A stretch of 64,000 nt of DNA from Antedon mediterranea (Eukaryota; Animalia; Echinodermata), in contig NC_092670.1 of assembly GCF_964355755.1 (NCBI RefSeq), forward strand, positions 25,716,795 to 25,780,794, given 5' to 3'. The position numbers were made by a program, and so were the translations under genes. Below the pieces are notes generated by a model. That model was not told the origin of the DNA and searched no databases. It saw only the letters and a list, made by a program, of their open reading frames with translations. Below are positions 26,671 to 40,744 of this stretch, one piece after another (within the stretch, counting starts at the first letter, position 1; each line of letters opens with the position of its first letter).

Positions 26671-27199
26671 TGAAGTAGGCGAACAAACAACTTAACAACA
26701 TCGAAAGAGAAAAAGATTCCGATCTCCGAACGTGCATCAGACAGTGTGTTTTGCAAGTATGACGTCATGAGATCACGCATGCATCATGCATATTCATGCC
26801 CACCCTCTATAGTTTCTGCCTTAACCTAATACGGAAAAAAATAATTCAGATTTGTGGTAAACCATACACAGAAATGTTGAAACATGTTCAACTTTACTTA
26901 CTCTACAACACACTTTACATTACTATAGTGTTTATTCACAATGCAACCAGGTATATAAACATTTTTAAAGTAAACACAACAGGCATAGAAATAAATTCCA
27001 AACCGCCCGGTGATACACTGAAAATTATTTAATTAATTTTTGAAACGATAAAGATGAGGAAATCTGGCAGAATGAGAAAAAGTCGCCCCAACCGAGACTC
27101 GAACTCGGACCGTCTGCTTGATATGCAGTTGCCCTAACCATTAGACCACTGGGGCTTTCATGGTATTGTTCTTTAACTCGATCGCATAACGACCCTTTA

Positions 27200-30100
27200 T
27201 AGTCCAAGAGCATTAGGGTTTGACCCGGACATTTCTGGTAACAAGCTAATTTTTTCAGGAAAGGTCCAGAACTATGATTGGAACATCATACTAAAAGTCC
27301 TGAAAAATCCTCCTTGTGCTCTCCGAGAAATTCAAGATGGCGTCCAAAATGGCTGCCATTTTAATTAGTCTATAACTTTGTAACCGCTTGTCGTAGAGTA
27401 TTGATTTTGGTGTCAAATAGTTCACGATATATACATTCCTATTTACTCTAACAGAAAATTTTGTCAAAAAATGGTCGCTACTGCAGTTTCTGGCAGTTTG
27501 ACCTTTGACCTGGTCTTATCATATCTCGGTAATGGCTTATCATAGAAAATTGGGATTAGGCCCAAATTGTTCAGAACATGCATATTTTTATTTGGTGTAA
27601 TGAAATATTTTATCCCAAAATGACCGGAAGTGAGGTTATTGACCTCTTATTGACCTATTCATATATCTTTTACCGTATCTCAAGAAATATTTATCGTATA
27701 GCGTTACTTTTGGTGTCAAATTGTTTGGAACATATACATTTCTATTTAGTCTAATACAACATTTTGCCCTAAAATACTCGAAAGTAAGTTATATTATTGA
27801 AAATTAAAGAAATCAAAGAGCTGCATAGTCAATAACTAAGTTGGTTAATTTAAAAAAAAAATGGGTTATTCCACAACAAGCGTTACATTTTATTGGGTAG
27901 TTGAAGAGTGTTTTGTTGTTTTCAACAATAACCTTGAGGGTAAATTTTACTTTGATACAACAAAGAATATCGGTAACACTTGTTACAAAAAATGGACATG
28001 ACCTAAAAACAGGGAAGCGTAAATTCTCATACTAGTTATGGTTGAAATGTTATTGCTACAAAATGTCACCCATATGTAGAGATGTCATGAATACATTTTA
28101 AATGCTTTATTCGTCTTTAACTCGCGTTACATACGCGAATTAGTGCTTTGTTGAAATCACGTCGTTGTTTTTGTTATTTTATTATTTTTGTTCATAAAAG
28201 TATAACTTTTATGTAATTTAGGAAATGTATAGACTTTACGATACTGTGAAAATGAACAGGTCATATACATTTCGCATGAAAATGCCCAATTGGCAAACAC
28301 TACAGTATGTACATGGAATATATTATACTCAGGATTGTCAGAAACAAATGTAAAGAACATTTTATTTGTAAAAATAATGTATTTTAAAACATGAAACCAG
28401 GTCATTCCTTGTTTTAAAAGAGAATGCACTCTTGAATGTTCTCCAACTGGCAAGCCTAGACTTTAACCTTTTAACTGTTTGAAGATGAAAACAAAACAAC
28501 GTCATAACTGTTTTGGGCAAATATGCAACACCTACAGATGAACATGATAATGATGTGAAGAAAGCAACAAACACCAAGATGTTGAAGATGCAACATCAGA
28601 TGATGAATGAATGTAACAGAATGCTGCTGATCAATGTTACAGAGATTTAAAGACCCTTATTTTGCATTATTTTCAATATATAATAAATCCTATATAGGGC
28701 AAATGGCGATTATTTTTTCATCTTTGAACAATTAAATATGTAACTGGGGGACTAGCTCAAATGGTAGAGCACTCACTTAGTAGAGGTACCGGGATCATTG
28801 CCTGTGTCTTTCAATCTATTTTTTCATGGATTTTCACAAGTACCAAATAAAATCTGAATCTGAAAAAAAAGTCTATGCATGCTTGGTAAAGGGTGTTTGA
28901 TGCGAAATACCTAGGGTACATTCTCTTTTTATCATAAATAAACCATAACGAACATTTAAAACAAGGAATGTTTCAAAATGCATTATTTTTAATAAGTCAG
29001 TCCATATACATGGCTGCATGCGCGTGTGCAAATTTGAGTTATTGTTTACTGACCAGCCGACTAAAATTGGTGAAAATGTTTAAAAATGTTGATAACATTT
29101 TAAAACATGTATATTTTCCTCCAAGTATTAATATCCACTGTCAAAATAACGAAAAAATATGAATATGAGTTAGTCTTTACCTACCGACCGACCGACTAAC
29201 CGAAATTGCTGAAAATGTTTAAAAATGTTGAAAAATGTTTAAAAACATTTATATTTGCCTCCAAGTATTAATATCGAGTGTCAAAATAACGGAAAAATAT
29301 GAATGAGTTAGTGGTTACTAACTGACCAACCGGCCGAAATTGCTGAAAATGTTAAAAAAATTTGAAAAATGTTTAAAAACATTTATATTTGTCTCCAAGT
29401 ATTAACATCCAGTGTAAAAATAACGAAAACATCGACATCGTATATTGCAGATAAAGGGTCTTTGACATTTGTTTTTGACAATCCGGATATGTGCCATGTT
29501 CAAACTTTGATTAGCCACAGACAGTTGTTCTTTGTAATTTATTGACTTTATATTTTCTTTTTGTAACAATTCACTTTACCTGATGATGTGCTACTCCAAA
29601 AACATGTTTTAAGGCAGAGTTAAAATTTTGTTTTTGATTTTATCTACAGTATTCATATACTCTGCCTTTATGCAGCTCTTTGATTTTTAAAATGTTCAAT
29701 AATTTAACTTACTTCCGAGCATTTCAGGGCAAACTTTTGTATTAGACTAAATAGAAATGTATATGTTCCAAACAATTTGACACCAAAAGTAACGTTATAC
29801 GGTAAATATTTCTTGAGATACGGTAAAACTAAAAGATATTTGAATAGGTCAATAAGAGGTCAATAACCTCACTTCCGGTCCTTTTGAGATAAAATATTTT
29901 ATTACACCAAATATAAATATGCATGTTCTGAACAATTCGGGCCTAATCTCAATTCTCTATGACAAGCCATTACCGAGATATGATAAGACCAGGTCAAAGG
30001 TCAAACTACTAGAAACTGTAGTAGCGGCCATTTTTTGACAAAATTTTCTGTTAGAGCAAATAGGAATGTATATACTGTGAACTATTTGACACCAAAATTA

Positions 30101-30315
30101 ATACTCTACGACAAGCGGTTACAAAGTTATATAGACTAATTAAAATGGCAACCATTTTGGACGCCATCTTGAATTTCTCGGAGAGCACACGGAGGATTTT
30201 TCAGGACTTTTAGTATGATGTTCCAATCATAGTTCTGGACCTTTCCTGAAAAAATTAGCTTGTTACCAGAAATGTCCGGGTCTGCCTATACTTATGAACT
30301 AATGCTCTTGGACTA
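27200..30315. mobile_element. Non-autonomous foldback DNA transposon, superfamily unassigned
   Basis: Termini TAGTCCAAGAGCATTAG...CTAATGCTCTTGGACTA, TTA TSD, ~600-bp inner inverted repeats (27222-27827 and 29669-30281), ~130-bp tandem repeats at 29040-29430. Confidence 0.9.
28747..28813 (+). pseudogene. tRNA-Ala(AGC)-derived pseudogene or SINE head
   Basis: GGGGACTAGCTCAAATGGTAGAGCACTCACTTAG..AGAGGTACCGGGATC matches metazoan tRNA-Ala(AGC), with a deletion in the anticodon arm. Confidence 0.75.
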
Positions 30316-31029
30316 TTAACATTCTCGGCGTGGTACGGTTGGAACACAACTAGTCCTCAGTGGTACGCACGCGCACCAGAGATCAAATTGATACGCCCTC
30401 ATCTATAATTCAGTATATTTATTCACTAAGCGGGATCTCGAGAGATACTTTTATATATATATAAACACAACAGGCATAGAAATAAATTCCAAACCGCCCG
30501 GTGATACACTGAAAATTATTTAATTAATTTTTGAAACGATTTTTAAAGTAATGAATGTTTTTTCAACGTATTTCTTGCTTTCATTAGTATTTTTATGACT
30601 TTCATTACTAATTATTTTACATAATTAAAGTATCAAGCTCTTCAAATTTGCCACCGGGACAGGTGAACAACGTGTTTAGCATTGCCTCCTTTCCTCAAAC
30701 ATTACACCTTGACATAAATTGAAGAGAAATTTGAAACAGTTGAAGTAAAATGAACTATATTACCAGCAGTCCGTCTTTTTCTGTCTTAGTATGTGGTTAT
30801 ATACTCATTGGATGAGTAAGTAGATTCGTTTTGTTTGTGTATTTTTATTCATTTACATTTTTTTTATTTCAATGATTTTTTTAATATTTTGCAGTTGGGA
30901 GCTTTGTTATCTTTTTTGCTACTTTTTAAATTAAATTGGGTTCTGTGGTTTTGATGTTTTGCTTTATGTGGTGATACTTATTATTTACACATTTCGCGTA
31001 TTCAAACTCGAATGTACTAAGCATTGCTA

Positions 31030-33300
31030 TATCATATCATATCATTTATTTCGCCAAATAAAGTAAAAAAAAGACATAAAAACATTAAAAGTAAATCGAT
31101 GAGGCAGAATCACCTAAAAGTTATAAATACAAATAACCGTCGAGCGGCTCTCTCCAAATAGAAATACTTACTTGAATGAAAAAAATGAATTACACACATA
31201 ATAATCATCAGTTACTATAATATTAAGATAAAACGTTAAAATTCTGCAATTGTATATAACATATTGTTAATTTAAATAGATACAGCTAAAAAATATCTTT
31301 AAAAAAATTATATATATACAATTTAAAACAGGTTGGTAAGATATTTCTTAAGGTTATGCTTAAAACGGTTTTTATTAATTAATAATAATAGGTCGCAGAG
31401 ATCCACGGGTAGGTCTCTGAAATGTCTAAGAAAAAAGTTAAAGACAGAGTTATGAAAGGAATAAGTCCGAGCAATACATTATTACGCAACTTAAGATTAT
31501 TAACATGTCTGCAATTTATAGATATATAATTAAAATCTACAACATGATACATACATTTGGTAACATAAAGAATACATAAATACTTAATACGATTATTAAT
31601 GGACATTAGATTAAGGCGTTTCAAACGTTCAGGGTAAAGTATAACTAACGATATAATATATAGTCGCAATATAATAGCTTTATCACGACATTTAGCAATG
31701 CTCCTCACAAAACCAAACATGCTATTAGATTTAGATTTAATAAATTGGACATGATCACCCAAGTGAGTTTACGATTCAGGTTAATTCCAATATATTTTAA
31801 TAGAATTCGTAACGGGCAATCTATCATCTCCAATAAAATAATCACATGCTTGTTCAAGACGACTGTTAGATCTAGTTAGGTGCATCACCAAACATTTAAC
31901 TGTATTTAATTTTGTTTGTCACACATCAGTTGTTGGTAGCATGAAGATACGACCATCGCTATGGTCATCTTTTGATGGCTCTGTACATCAGCATATTGTT
32001 GTATCTGTGATTTATTGCAGGAGGGGAGATCAGATACAAAGCGATTAAAGAGGATTGGCCAGATCACTGATCCCTGAGGAACCCCGAATTTAAACAATAA
32101 TATCCTCGAATATCCCCTGAATGTAACTCTTTTGAGATCTAGGATTTAAACCAGTCCACCATTGAATCACAGATACCACAATTATGTAATCTATTTAAAA
32201 GAATTGTATGACTAATTTTATCAAAAGCCTTTCGCCATCAATTTGGGGCGGAGAACGTTCATCAAATATTTTATACCAATCAGTTATTGCATCTGTAAGT
32301 AAGGTGGTACAAGACCTGCCATTCACAAAGCCATGCTGTTTCTCAGAGAGAAGTGTTTTGTTGTCTTTACGAAAAGATAGTAACTTTTGAGCAACAAGCC
32401 TCTCAATCAATTTACCAACTGTCGAAAATAATGAAATCGGTCTATAATTAGAAACATCACTACAGTCACCTGATTTATGGATTGGAGTGATGTTGGCTAC
32501 CTTCATGAGAGATAGATTAAATATTTTACATAATGGTTCTACTATGTAGACAGCAGCAATTTTAATCTTAGTTGTAGTTATGCTACTGTACCAGGTCCAG
32601 GAGATTTTACTTGTTTTTAGTTTGTTGATAATAGATAATATATCAGCACCAGTGGTTTGAATATCTGTGAAATGAGGGTAGCCAGATATTGAGATTAGGT
32701 TTGAGACTATTAAAAATGGTATTGTTGGGCTGAAGACCTGGATGACTAAATAACTTCCTTAAACTGAATGATGGTATTTGATCACATCACTCCGATTTTG
32801 AAAGACGTTCACTGGCTGTCGATTTTCAAGATTTTACCTATAACGTTCAAGACATTAAATGGTGAAGTTCCGCGTACCTACGTTATTGCTGGTCTGGCAT
32901 CGTAGGTCTAGTAGTCTGCATCATCCTCATGTGACAAGGTCCAGGCATTCATGGGATGATAGGTCATTTAATGTTGCAGGCACCTCGTCTCTGAACCATC
33001 TCATATTAGATCTAGCAAGTGTGCGCGTAAGACACATCTGCTGTCGGCTGTCTTTGGAATTTGAAAGGTTATTGTTTAGCTTTAGATACCCACATTACTG
33101 AAAACACATGTGAGTAATGTTCTGGCAGGTCTGTACCTTAAATTGCCGGTAAACGGGAGCAGTGGGTTCGATTGGTCTGCTTTTATTTCGGTTTTTTCAA
33201 ATTTTGTTGTTGTTTTTATTTTCAAGGTTTGTATTTTTCATGATTTTCACAAGCGCCTTGAGCACATATGTGCGCTTTATAAATCTTATATCTTAATTTG
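31030..33300 (-). mobile_element. Decayed CR1/L2-type LINE
   Basis: ANITPIHKSGD..NYRPISL, QHGFVNGRSCTT, GVPQGSVIWPILF, QYAD; (ATGAT)n tail at ~31030-31045. Confidence 0.88.
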
Positions 33301-33329
33301 AGCATCACACCTGTCACTCATCCCGATGA

Positions 33330-35095
33330 TATACTTAAATATGCAAGTTAAGGTGAAATTACAGGGTTACCATATCTTAAAATCTACTAGCAAGAGAGAG
33401 TTGATTTTTTACTGATTTATTCAGAATGTATATATTTACGAAAAAAATGACCGGTAGTATAACATTTGACCCTCGACCCCATTTCTTAATGTTTGCATAC
33501 ATAATGTAACTAAAATGTTCGTAGACTTTTCTTTGCCCTCAAATGACTCAGATACAGGTTTCCTTATAATTCCCAAAATCACACCTTTTTCATGCACCTC
33601 GAAAGTATGCAAATTAGTACAAGTTAAATTAAATATGCAAATAAGGGGATGAAATTACAGTCGTCCCATATCTCAAAAACCACTGATGCTAAAGACTTTT
33701 TTTTCACAGACGTATTCAGAATGTACATATTCTTATTTGCTCAAATAAAACATAATGACCAAAACTACTACATTTGACCCTCGACCTCAATTTTCAATAT
33801 TGCATATTTAATGATTATAATGTCTGTAGAGACTTTTTTCGCCCTCAAATGACTAGGATACAGGATTCTAATAGTCAACATATGACTGTTAAGTAAAACT
33901 CAAAATCATATCTGTATCACTCACCTTGAAAGCATGCAAATTACTAGTACAAGTTACATGAAATATGTAAATTAAGGGTGTTAGGGGTTCCCATATATCG
34001 AAAATATTTTTCAAAAACTTGCTCAGAATGTACATATTTGTATTTGCTCTAATGAAACATTTTACGAAAAAATGAATGGAAGTAAAATTTGACCCTCGAC
34101 TCCATTTCTCAATGTTGCATACATAATGCGACTAAAATGTCTGTAGATTGGCCTCAAATGACTCGAATACAGGTTTCCTATAGGCAGCGTAGGACTGAAA
34201 AAGGAAGGACTCAAAATAACACCTTCGAGGGTGCAAATTACAACGTACAACGGGTGAAAGTTGCTATATCTCTATCATTAGCATTTTTCGAGATGGCAAC
34301 ACTGTAATTTGCATATTTCATACAACTGGTACTAATTTGCATACTTTCGCGATGCGTGGAAAATGTGTGATTTTGGAATTAGAAAGCGGTCATATTCTGG
34401 CTTTAGGAAAACAGTATCCGATTCATTTAAGGCAAAAACGAAATCTCTAAAGATAATTAGTCACATAAATGCAAATATTGAGAAATGGGGTCAAATATTG
34501 TACTTTCTGTCATTTTTTTTAGAGCAAATACAATGTGTATACTTTTTGCATACTTTTTTCGAGGTGCGTGACAAAGGCGTGATTTTGGGAATTCCTAAAC
34601 GGTCCTATGTTGGCCAAACCTGTATCCGAGTCATTTAAAGCCGAAACAAAGCTTGTGCAGACATTTTAATCGCATTATATATGCAAATATTGGGTCGAAG
34701 GTCATATGTAATTTCAGTCATTTTTTCGTAAAATGTTTTATTAGAGCAAATATAAATATGTACATTCTGTAAACTATTTGAAAAAATCACCTCTATAGCA
34801 TTATCGGTTTTCGATATGCTGTATGGCAGCCTGCAATTTCAACCCTAATTTGCATATTTCATGTAACTTGTTACAGTCCTATATTGGCTATTAGAAACCT
34901 GTATCCCAGAAAATGAAATGGGATCGAGGGTCAAATGCTGTACTTCCGGTTATATTTTCGTAAAATGTTTCATTAATAATAATAATAATAATAATAATAT
35001 TTATTCGGCAAAAGTTCTTAAAAGTACGTTTTACAATTCATCTTGCCAGGAGCAAATAATATTAGGGCAAATATAAATATATACATTCTGAATAA
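33330..35095. repeat. Diverged palindromic array of ~300-bp units (about three direct, then about three inverted)
   Basis: Recurring TTTGACCCTCGAC, CAGAATGTACATAT and ATGCAAATTA motifs flip strand near 34270. Confidence 0.7.
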
Positions 35096-36959
35096 ATACA
35101 ATAATCAAACAAAATCTGCAGAATCTTAATTTATTTGAAAACAAAAATGATCATATGATTACTTACACAAGCAATACTAATATTAATAACTAACTTTATT
35201 ATATCAAAACATACGTTTCTCCCATTATGGAGTACCTAGAATAAATCCCGTTTTAAGTAGTAAGTATTATCGTGTTTGATACAAACACACATTTTATCCT
35301 TAAAGCATATACTTCTTGCTTTTACATTTTTTATTAAACTAATAATTATTAAACTATTTATACTAATTATTATCTGCCCTGAAATGACGTGCTCTAAAAA
35401 AGAAAAAGTATTGTAAGTAAAAAGTATATTGTAATTTGTATATAGAAGCAATTTTATTGAAATAAAAACAATACAATAGTAGAAAAATGTATTTAAAAAA
35501 AAAGAATAGAAAAATTAATTAATTAACACATAAGCCTATCACTTGTAATTTTGCTAAAAAAGGCGATAAATACGATAAAAAGTTTGTTATAGTTTTAGGG
35601 CAATAGTGGAATTGCCATTTATGATTTATTTACATACTTACATGAATAAACTTTGATAAAACAAGCCTACAACTGACGGTACTACAGGAAAAGTGTCAGC
35701 ACCAACATTTTATGATAATATACAATGCCAAAAAAAGAAAGTGTTTTAATTATTATGACGATCGTTTTTAATTAATAACCTGAATAGGGGTGTCCCCTTA
35801 ATAATTTATGGTTTGGCCGTAGTGATAACACATATATTGCTCCTTGTTTCGCAGGAAAGTGTCCCCTTTAATATGTTGTTTCCTGAATTGGTATGTATTA
35901 ACATAAATCCATGTCACACCAAACGTTTCCTAATAACAAATACAAAACTTAGACAATTGTATTATTAAATTCTAGTGTTAAATTGATGCTTTAAAACATA
36001 ATAATATATATTTTAATGTTATAGTCATAATACCACAAGTACACTAATATTTATAATAGAAACTCATTCTTATACATTTCAATATTGTTTATGATTTAGA
36101 GAGTTCAAAGAACATTCACTTAATGTTTTTATGCTTTATTCTCTTTTAAAATATAATTATTTCAAATTAACTTCTTTTGTTTGGGATTAATCAATATTTA
36201 TTTTTCTCTAAGGGTATATAATTAATCATAGCTTCATCTAATAAAATGAATAAGATTTTTTTAACTTTGTGATAATACATGCTAATTTCATCAATAAAAA
36301 ATATTCATTCTGAGAAACCCACACAAATTCAGACAAATTAAGTGTAATATAAAGACTAAAAACCAGTTTCCCATGAAACTGAAATGAATAATAACAAAAA
36401 ATATGCCTTTGTATATACACTTTCAATAATTTAGGCCTAGTATGTAAACAAGCCTGATTGTAGATTCAGTTTCTATTCAACACTTCACTTGTCAACTATT
36501 AAATATTTCAGAAATATAGGCTCATCATAATGTCAAAAATAAATATAAAAAAGTAGTTCATAATTTTATTGTAGCTGGAAGTGTGGGGTGTGCGCTGAAT
36601 CCGTTCCTGAACTAACACATTGGTCAGATGTTTTATCCTACTCTGCAGTAGTTCAAAATCAAGTTATTACAGTTACACACACTGCTTCCCTGGGCATCAG
36701 CTCAAGAGTCCTATCCCACCTGAGAATTACTTTCAAATTTATTTGCAAAGTGTTCTCAATGTACGGAGTACAGAAAATGGTAGAATTACATCAGAGAGGC
36801 CAACAAATCTTACCAAATAAAATATAGACCTTATTCAAAATAGAATAATAGAAACACAAATCCATGGAACTGTACAGGCACAAAATATCATATAATATAC
36901 ATATAATGTTCTTCAGAATAGTTATATACACTGCCACCTTGTAAAATCTGTAGTACTAC

Positions 36960-36978
36960 TTAGGTGTTTATTTCTTTT
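36960..36978 (-). CDS. Probable last coding exon of the ankyrin/PINK1-like gene
   Basis: Poly-T acceptor ttttcaacAG, phase 2, (R)KEINT-stop. Alternatively the CDS stops at 38134. Confidence 0.5.
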
Positions 36979-38137
36979 CTGTTGAAAAAAAAAAAGAGGA
37001 GATTTATTAAAACGATGAATGCTTATTTTAGAAAAAGCCTATGTTACAGTAAGACAGAAAAGTGATCTGAATATGCTAGACATGATATGTATTCACTATT
37101 AAGCTCAATAAGTACAACTGTGAGGAACCTAACCTTCTCTTACATCAAGTGGTTTTAATCAGTACTGAAAGTATGAACCACCTTTATATACCATCAATAA
37201 AACATTCTACAAGTTACTGAATTTTGCCCTTGCGTAAATTTATATATAGATACCGTGAAAATATGGGTTTTATACCTAATTTGCATATTTAATGCTCATT
37301 TGCATATGGAGGCGGTGGATGACGGAGGGTTGATTTGTTGTATGTGGTTTGACAACATATACATTCATTTAAAACCGAAAAACCTTTTCCTACAATTTTT
37401 TCCCATGTTCACCATATTTTTTAGCTAGATTCAGTAGACTATATATCTTTACTGTGTGTTATTGTATGAATGTCATATTTATTTACTTTGTATTATATGA
37501 AGATATCAATAAAATGAATTCTGAACAATTATTTGCATTCTATTTGGAAATTTTATAAAGTTTTATCTGTGATACAAGTAAAAATAATGACGATGAATAT
37601 TGGATTGAAAACATAACTTAGTGTGGGAGCTGCATCAATGCCCAACTCAACAAATATGAATTGTTTGTTGTTTAAACCAATGAAATTAGCTAAAGGGCGG
37701 ACTTAAATGTTATCACAGTGATTCGTCATGGAGACTGGCTAACAATGCAAACATTTGGTATGCCAGTCATGCACTACTACGTCTGTGTGTGTTGAGTGTA
37801 TCAATGCCTAAACATATTATAGACGATCCTTGTTAATTAAAAAAAACTTCACTGTACTGTGATTTATATTATTATTTTAGATTACTATCTATATATAAAT
37901 AATTATTTGAACAAATATGGCAGCAATTTCATTAGACAACCTCCTGTTGTAATCACTTTGCTTTCAGGATTTCGGCCTCAAAATTGCAGATATACAGGAA
38001 ATCTAACTGTTATTGTACTATTTTAAGAATGGTTTTAAAAAATATTTTATTAGGTATTTGTTTTAGAAATACCTTGTGTATCCATACAATAAAAATATGT
38101 AGACTGTGAACTATAACCAAAAGTCATTTGTTATTAC

Positions 38138-38272
38138 CTGTGACCAGACCTGTTTTGCAGACTGCAAATAAGTTGCCATAGTTCATTACCAGATACTTCC
38201 GTTAGATAATCTGTACGCAGTTCCCAATCAACAGCATGGGCTAATTCTTCTGTTGCCATGTTGTTACAATTC
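38138..38272 (-). CDS. Ankyrin/PINK1-like gene exon (C-terminal extension)
   Basis: AG/GT, phase 2-2, NCNNMATEELAHAVDWELRTDYLTEVSGNELWQLICSL. Confidence 0.8.
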
Positions 38273-38506
38273 CTAGAATAAAAATATTTTAAAATAAACT
38301 TACTGTAGCTATGTGTAATAAACAAATTATAAATTGTACCACAGAGTTAAACAGCTTTGTTTGTACATGATTAATATTAGTTTAAAGTTTACATCCCATT
38401 CGAAGGATGGGAGACAATGGGAGTAAAGCATCATTCCTATATGGAAAAGACAGGCCTCAGACACATGCCTAATAAAATTCCTTTATTACTCCATACTTCT
38501 CTCTAC

Positions 38507-38539
38507 CTGTGTGCCCAGCTGCTTCTGACCCATGATTTC
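38507..38539 (-). CDS. Putative 33-nt frame-preserving microexon
   Basis: taaacAG|GAAATCATGG...GCACACAG|GTagag, phase 2-2, KSWVRSSWAHR. Confidence 0.5.
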
Positions 38540-39527
38540 CTGTTTACAAAAAGTGGGGTTTATGCAATTAAAAAAAAAACAAGGTTTTTAGTATGGATAA
38601 AATGATTAATACTTTGCTATTACATAGACATGTCTTGTGGCATGAATTATAATACTGTTTTAAAATCATATATGAAAATTAACTATTACACTAGATATTT
38701 CATAGTCTATTTCATTATATAATAATGTCTGCTAAAAACAAATGCTATGGCCAATATTTTTGCTGGCTTAGTAAATTTTCGTGATCTTACATTTCCAACT
38801 ATTTCTCGACCTTTTAATTTCGCGATTTGAGTTTCTTGTCTTCTACAATTTGGAGAACCAAATTGCAAATGTATTTCGCCTCCGCGATGAATGTCAAACA
38901 ATTGAATAGCGTCAGTAAAATGACTCAATTGTAAATTTAGGGATCTAAATAAATAAACATTTTGGCTACACAATATGCTCTTAGATAGTGAAAACCCCCA
39001 TAAATAAATAAACAACGCCGACCGGATCATGAAGTGAGCAATCTCCACAAACATTACAGCGTATTAAATGATTTAAGTCAAGTAAGTACAGTATACATTT
39101 AATACAAAATTACCTAAGAAATGTCGTAAGCTTTTTTTTTTCAATTCAAACATAATTTTAGCGATCAATCCTCCACGGCGCAATGTTTCTTGATCGCTAA
39201 GAAATTTTTCATTTTGAGAGAGGCACAGGTTGAGTGGGGCCTAGAATTTTCGGTCGGTTCTAATTTATTAGTTATCTGCACATTGGCTTTACGGTATTAG
39301 TGATAAACTACACCAGATTCAGCTTTTATCTAAATCTGTCTATCTAAGTGGCTATACATTTAAAGAAGTTGATAAAAAGTTAACAAAATTGATGTGTTCA
39401 ATTATTGTGGTTGAAATGATGTCATTCTTGGCCATCACGTAAAGTTACATTTTACTGTTGGTACACCACAGTATATTGTAACATAATATAGTAATTACTT
39501 TATTTCAAAATATAAATAGTGACTTAC

Positions 39528-39647
39528 TTATCTCTTAAATCTGGTGTTTGGGAAACTAATCGTGAACACTGCGATATGACCCATACATCACAATCTTGTT
39601 GACTTTGCACTTCATCAACTTTTGGTCCATAAAGCATCATAGAGGTC
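39528..39647 (-). CDS. Ankyrin/PINK1-like gene exon
   Basis: AG/GTAAGT, phase 2-2, TSMMLYGPKVDEVQSQQDCDVWVISQCSRLV, resembling the PINK1 C-terminal extension. Confidence 0.85.
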
Positions 39648-40295
39648 CTAAAGAAAATAAATTTAAAAAGAATAATTCATATTAAGGTACTGAATTACAA
39701 TTCAAAAGAATTCATTAAATACAGAAAAGTTATAGTAACTATTTAACTTATCATATTGTTATATATACTGGGTTAGATGTATACGCAAGTTAACGATCGG
39801 TGAAACACTGATTTTATTATTGATAAAATTAAGTAAATTAAAAGTATTTCAAGATTTATTTATCTCTTTGGCAATTCGGCTTCAAGAAAAATTAGTTAGA
39901 ATTGGTATTATTAGGCCTATAAAGTATAGAATTATTGATGGAAATTCTTTTGTTAATGTACAAGGCCTAATTAAAAGTGAATATGTTATTGCCAAGGAAT
40001 CATTAATATCAGTAATTATTTGCCTTTATCAATCATTAAGTAAAAAGATCTCCAAAACTTTAAATGAGTAAAATATACAAAATGAGTTGCTGACACACAG
40101 TGATAGGGTTACAGAATCTATTGTCAGAAAATCGGTAGAGTTTCATCTGAGATTATTTGCCTAATGGAAAATATGCTATAGATATGTTAATAGTTTAGAT
40201 ATTATAGGACTAATGCTCAATGTAAATTAAAGGCGTTAAAACATTGTTCTGAGATTTCTATCTATGTCAAGCTAATTCTATTCAATAATGTATAC

Positions 40296-40534
40296 CTAAG
40301 TATTGCTTCTTTCACTGTAGGTCTATTCTGTGATTCCTTGGCAAACATTTCCTGTAGAAGATCAGTGAAAGTTTTGGAATATCCTCTTGGCACAACCCTC
40401 CAATCTGACATTAAACATGGATTGATCATATTTGGTGTAGACTGAGGTGCATGCATTTCTTGTTTCATCAGACTGAATATCAATCTTCCAAAGTTATAGA
40501 TATCTGAGCTTTCATAAACTTGGCTTAACATTAT
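40296..40534 (-). CDS. Ankyrin/PINK1-like gene exon (kinase subdomains IX-XI)
   Basis: YESSDIYNFGRLIFSLM...LLQEMFAKESQNRPTVKEAI; AG/GT, phase 0-2. Confidence 0.9.
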
Positions 40535-40744
40535 CTGAGAAAACAGAAAAATTAATAACTTGATAGATATTGATTTTGTCCTGAATATGAGAACTGTTTC
40601 TATAATTTTACAGTAAGATTAATATTTAATTAACACAGTGCTACGCAACACAATTGATTTATATATTATATAAATTTGCCTTTGGATTTATATATATATA
40701 TATATAATAAATAAATCCAAAGGCAAATATATATATATATATAT

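Larger units (their letters stand above)
26970..30540 (-). repeat. tRNA-containing repeat (~1.2 units, tRNA-like at 27084-27155) split by a 3.1-kb insertion
   Basis: The unit resumes exactly (CTTTA|ACATTCTCGG) after 30315. Confidence 0.9.

Noticed and set aside
29580-29610. CTGATGA as another hammerhead core
   Set aside because: No stem II and no GAAA box follow.
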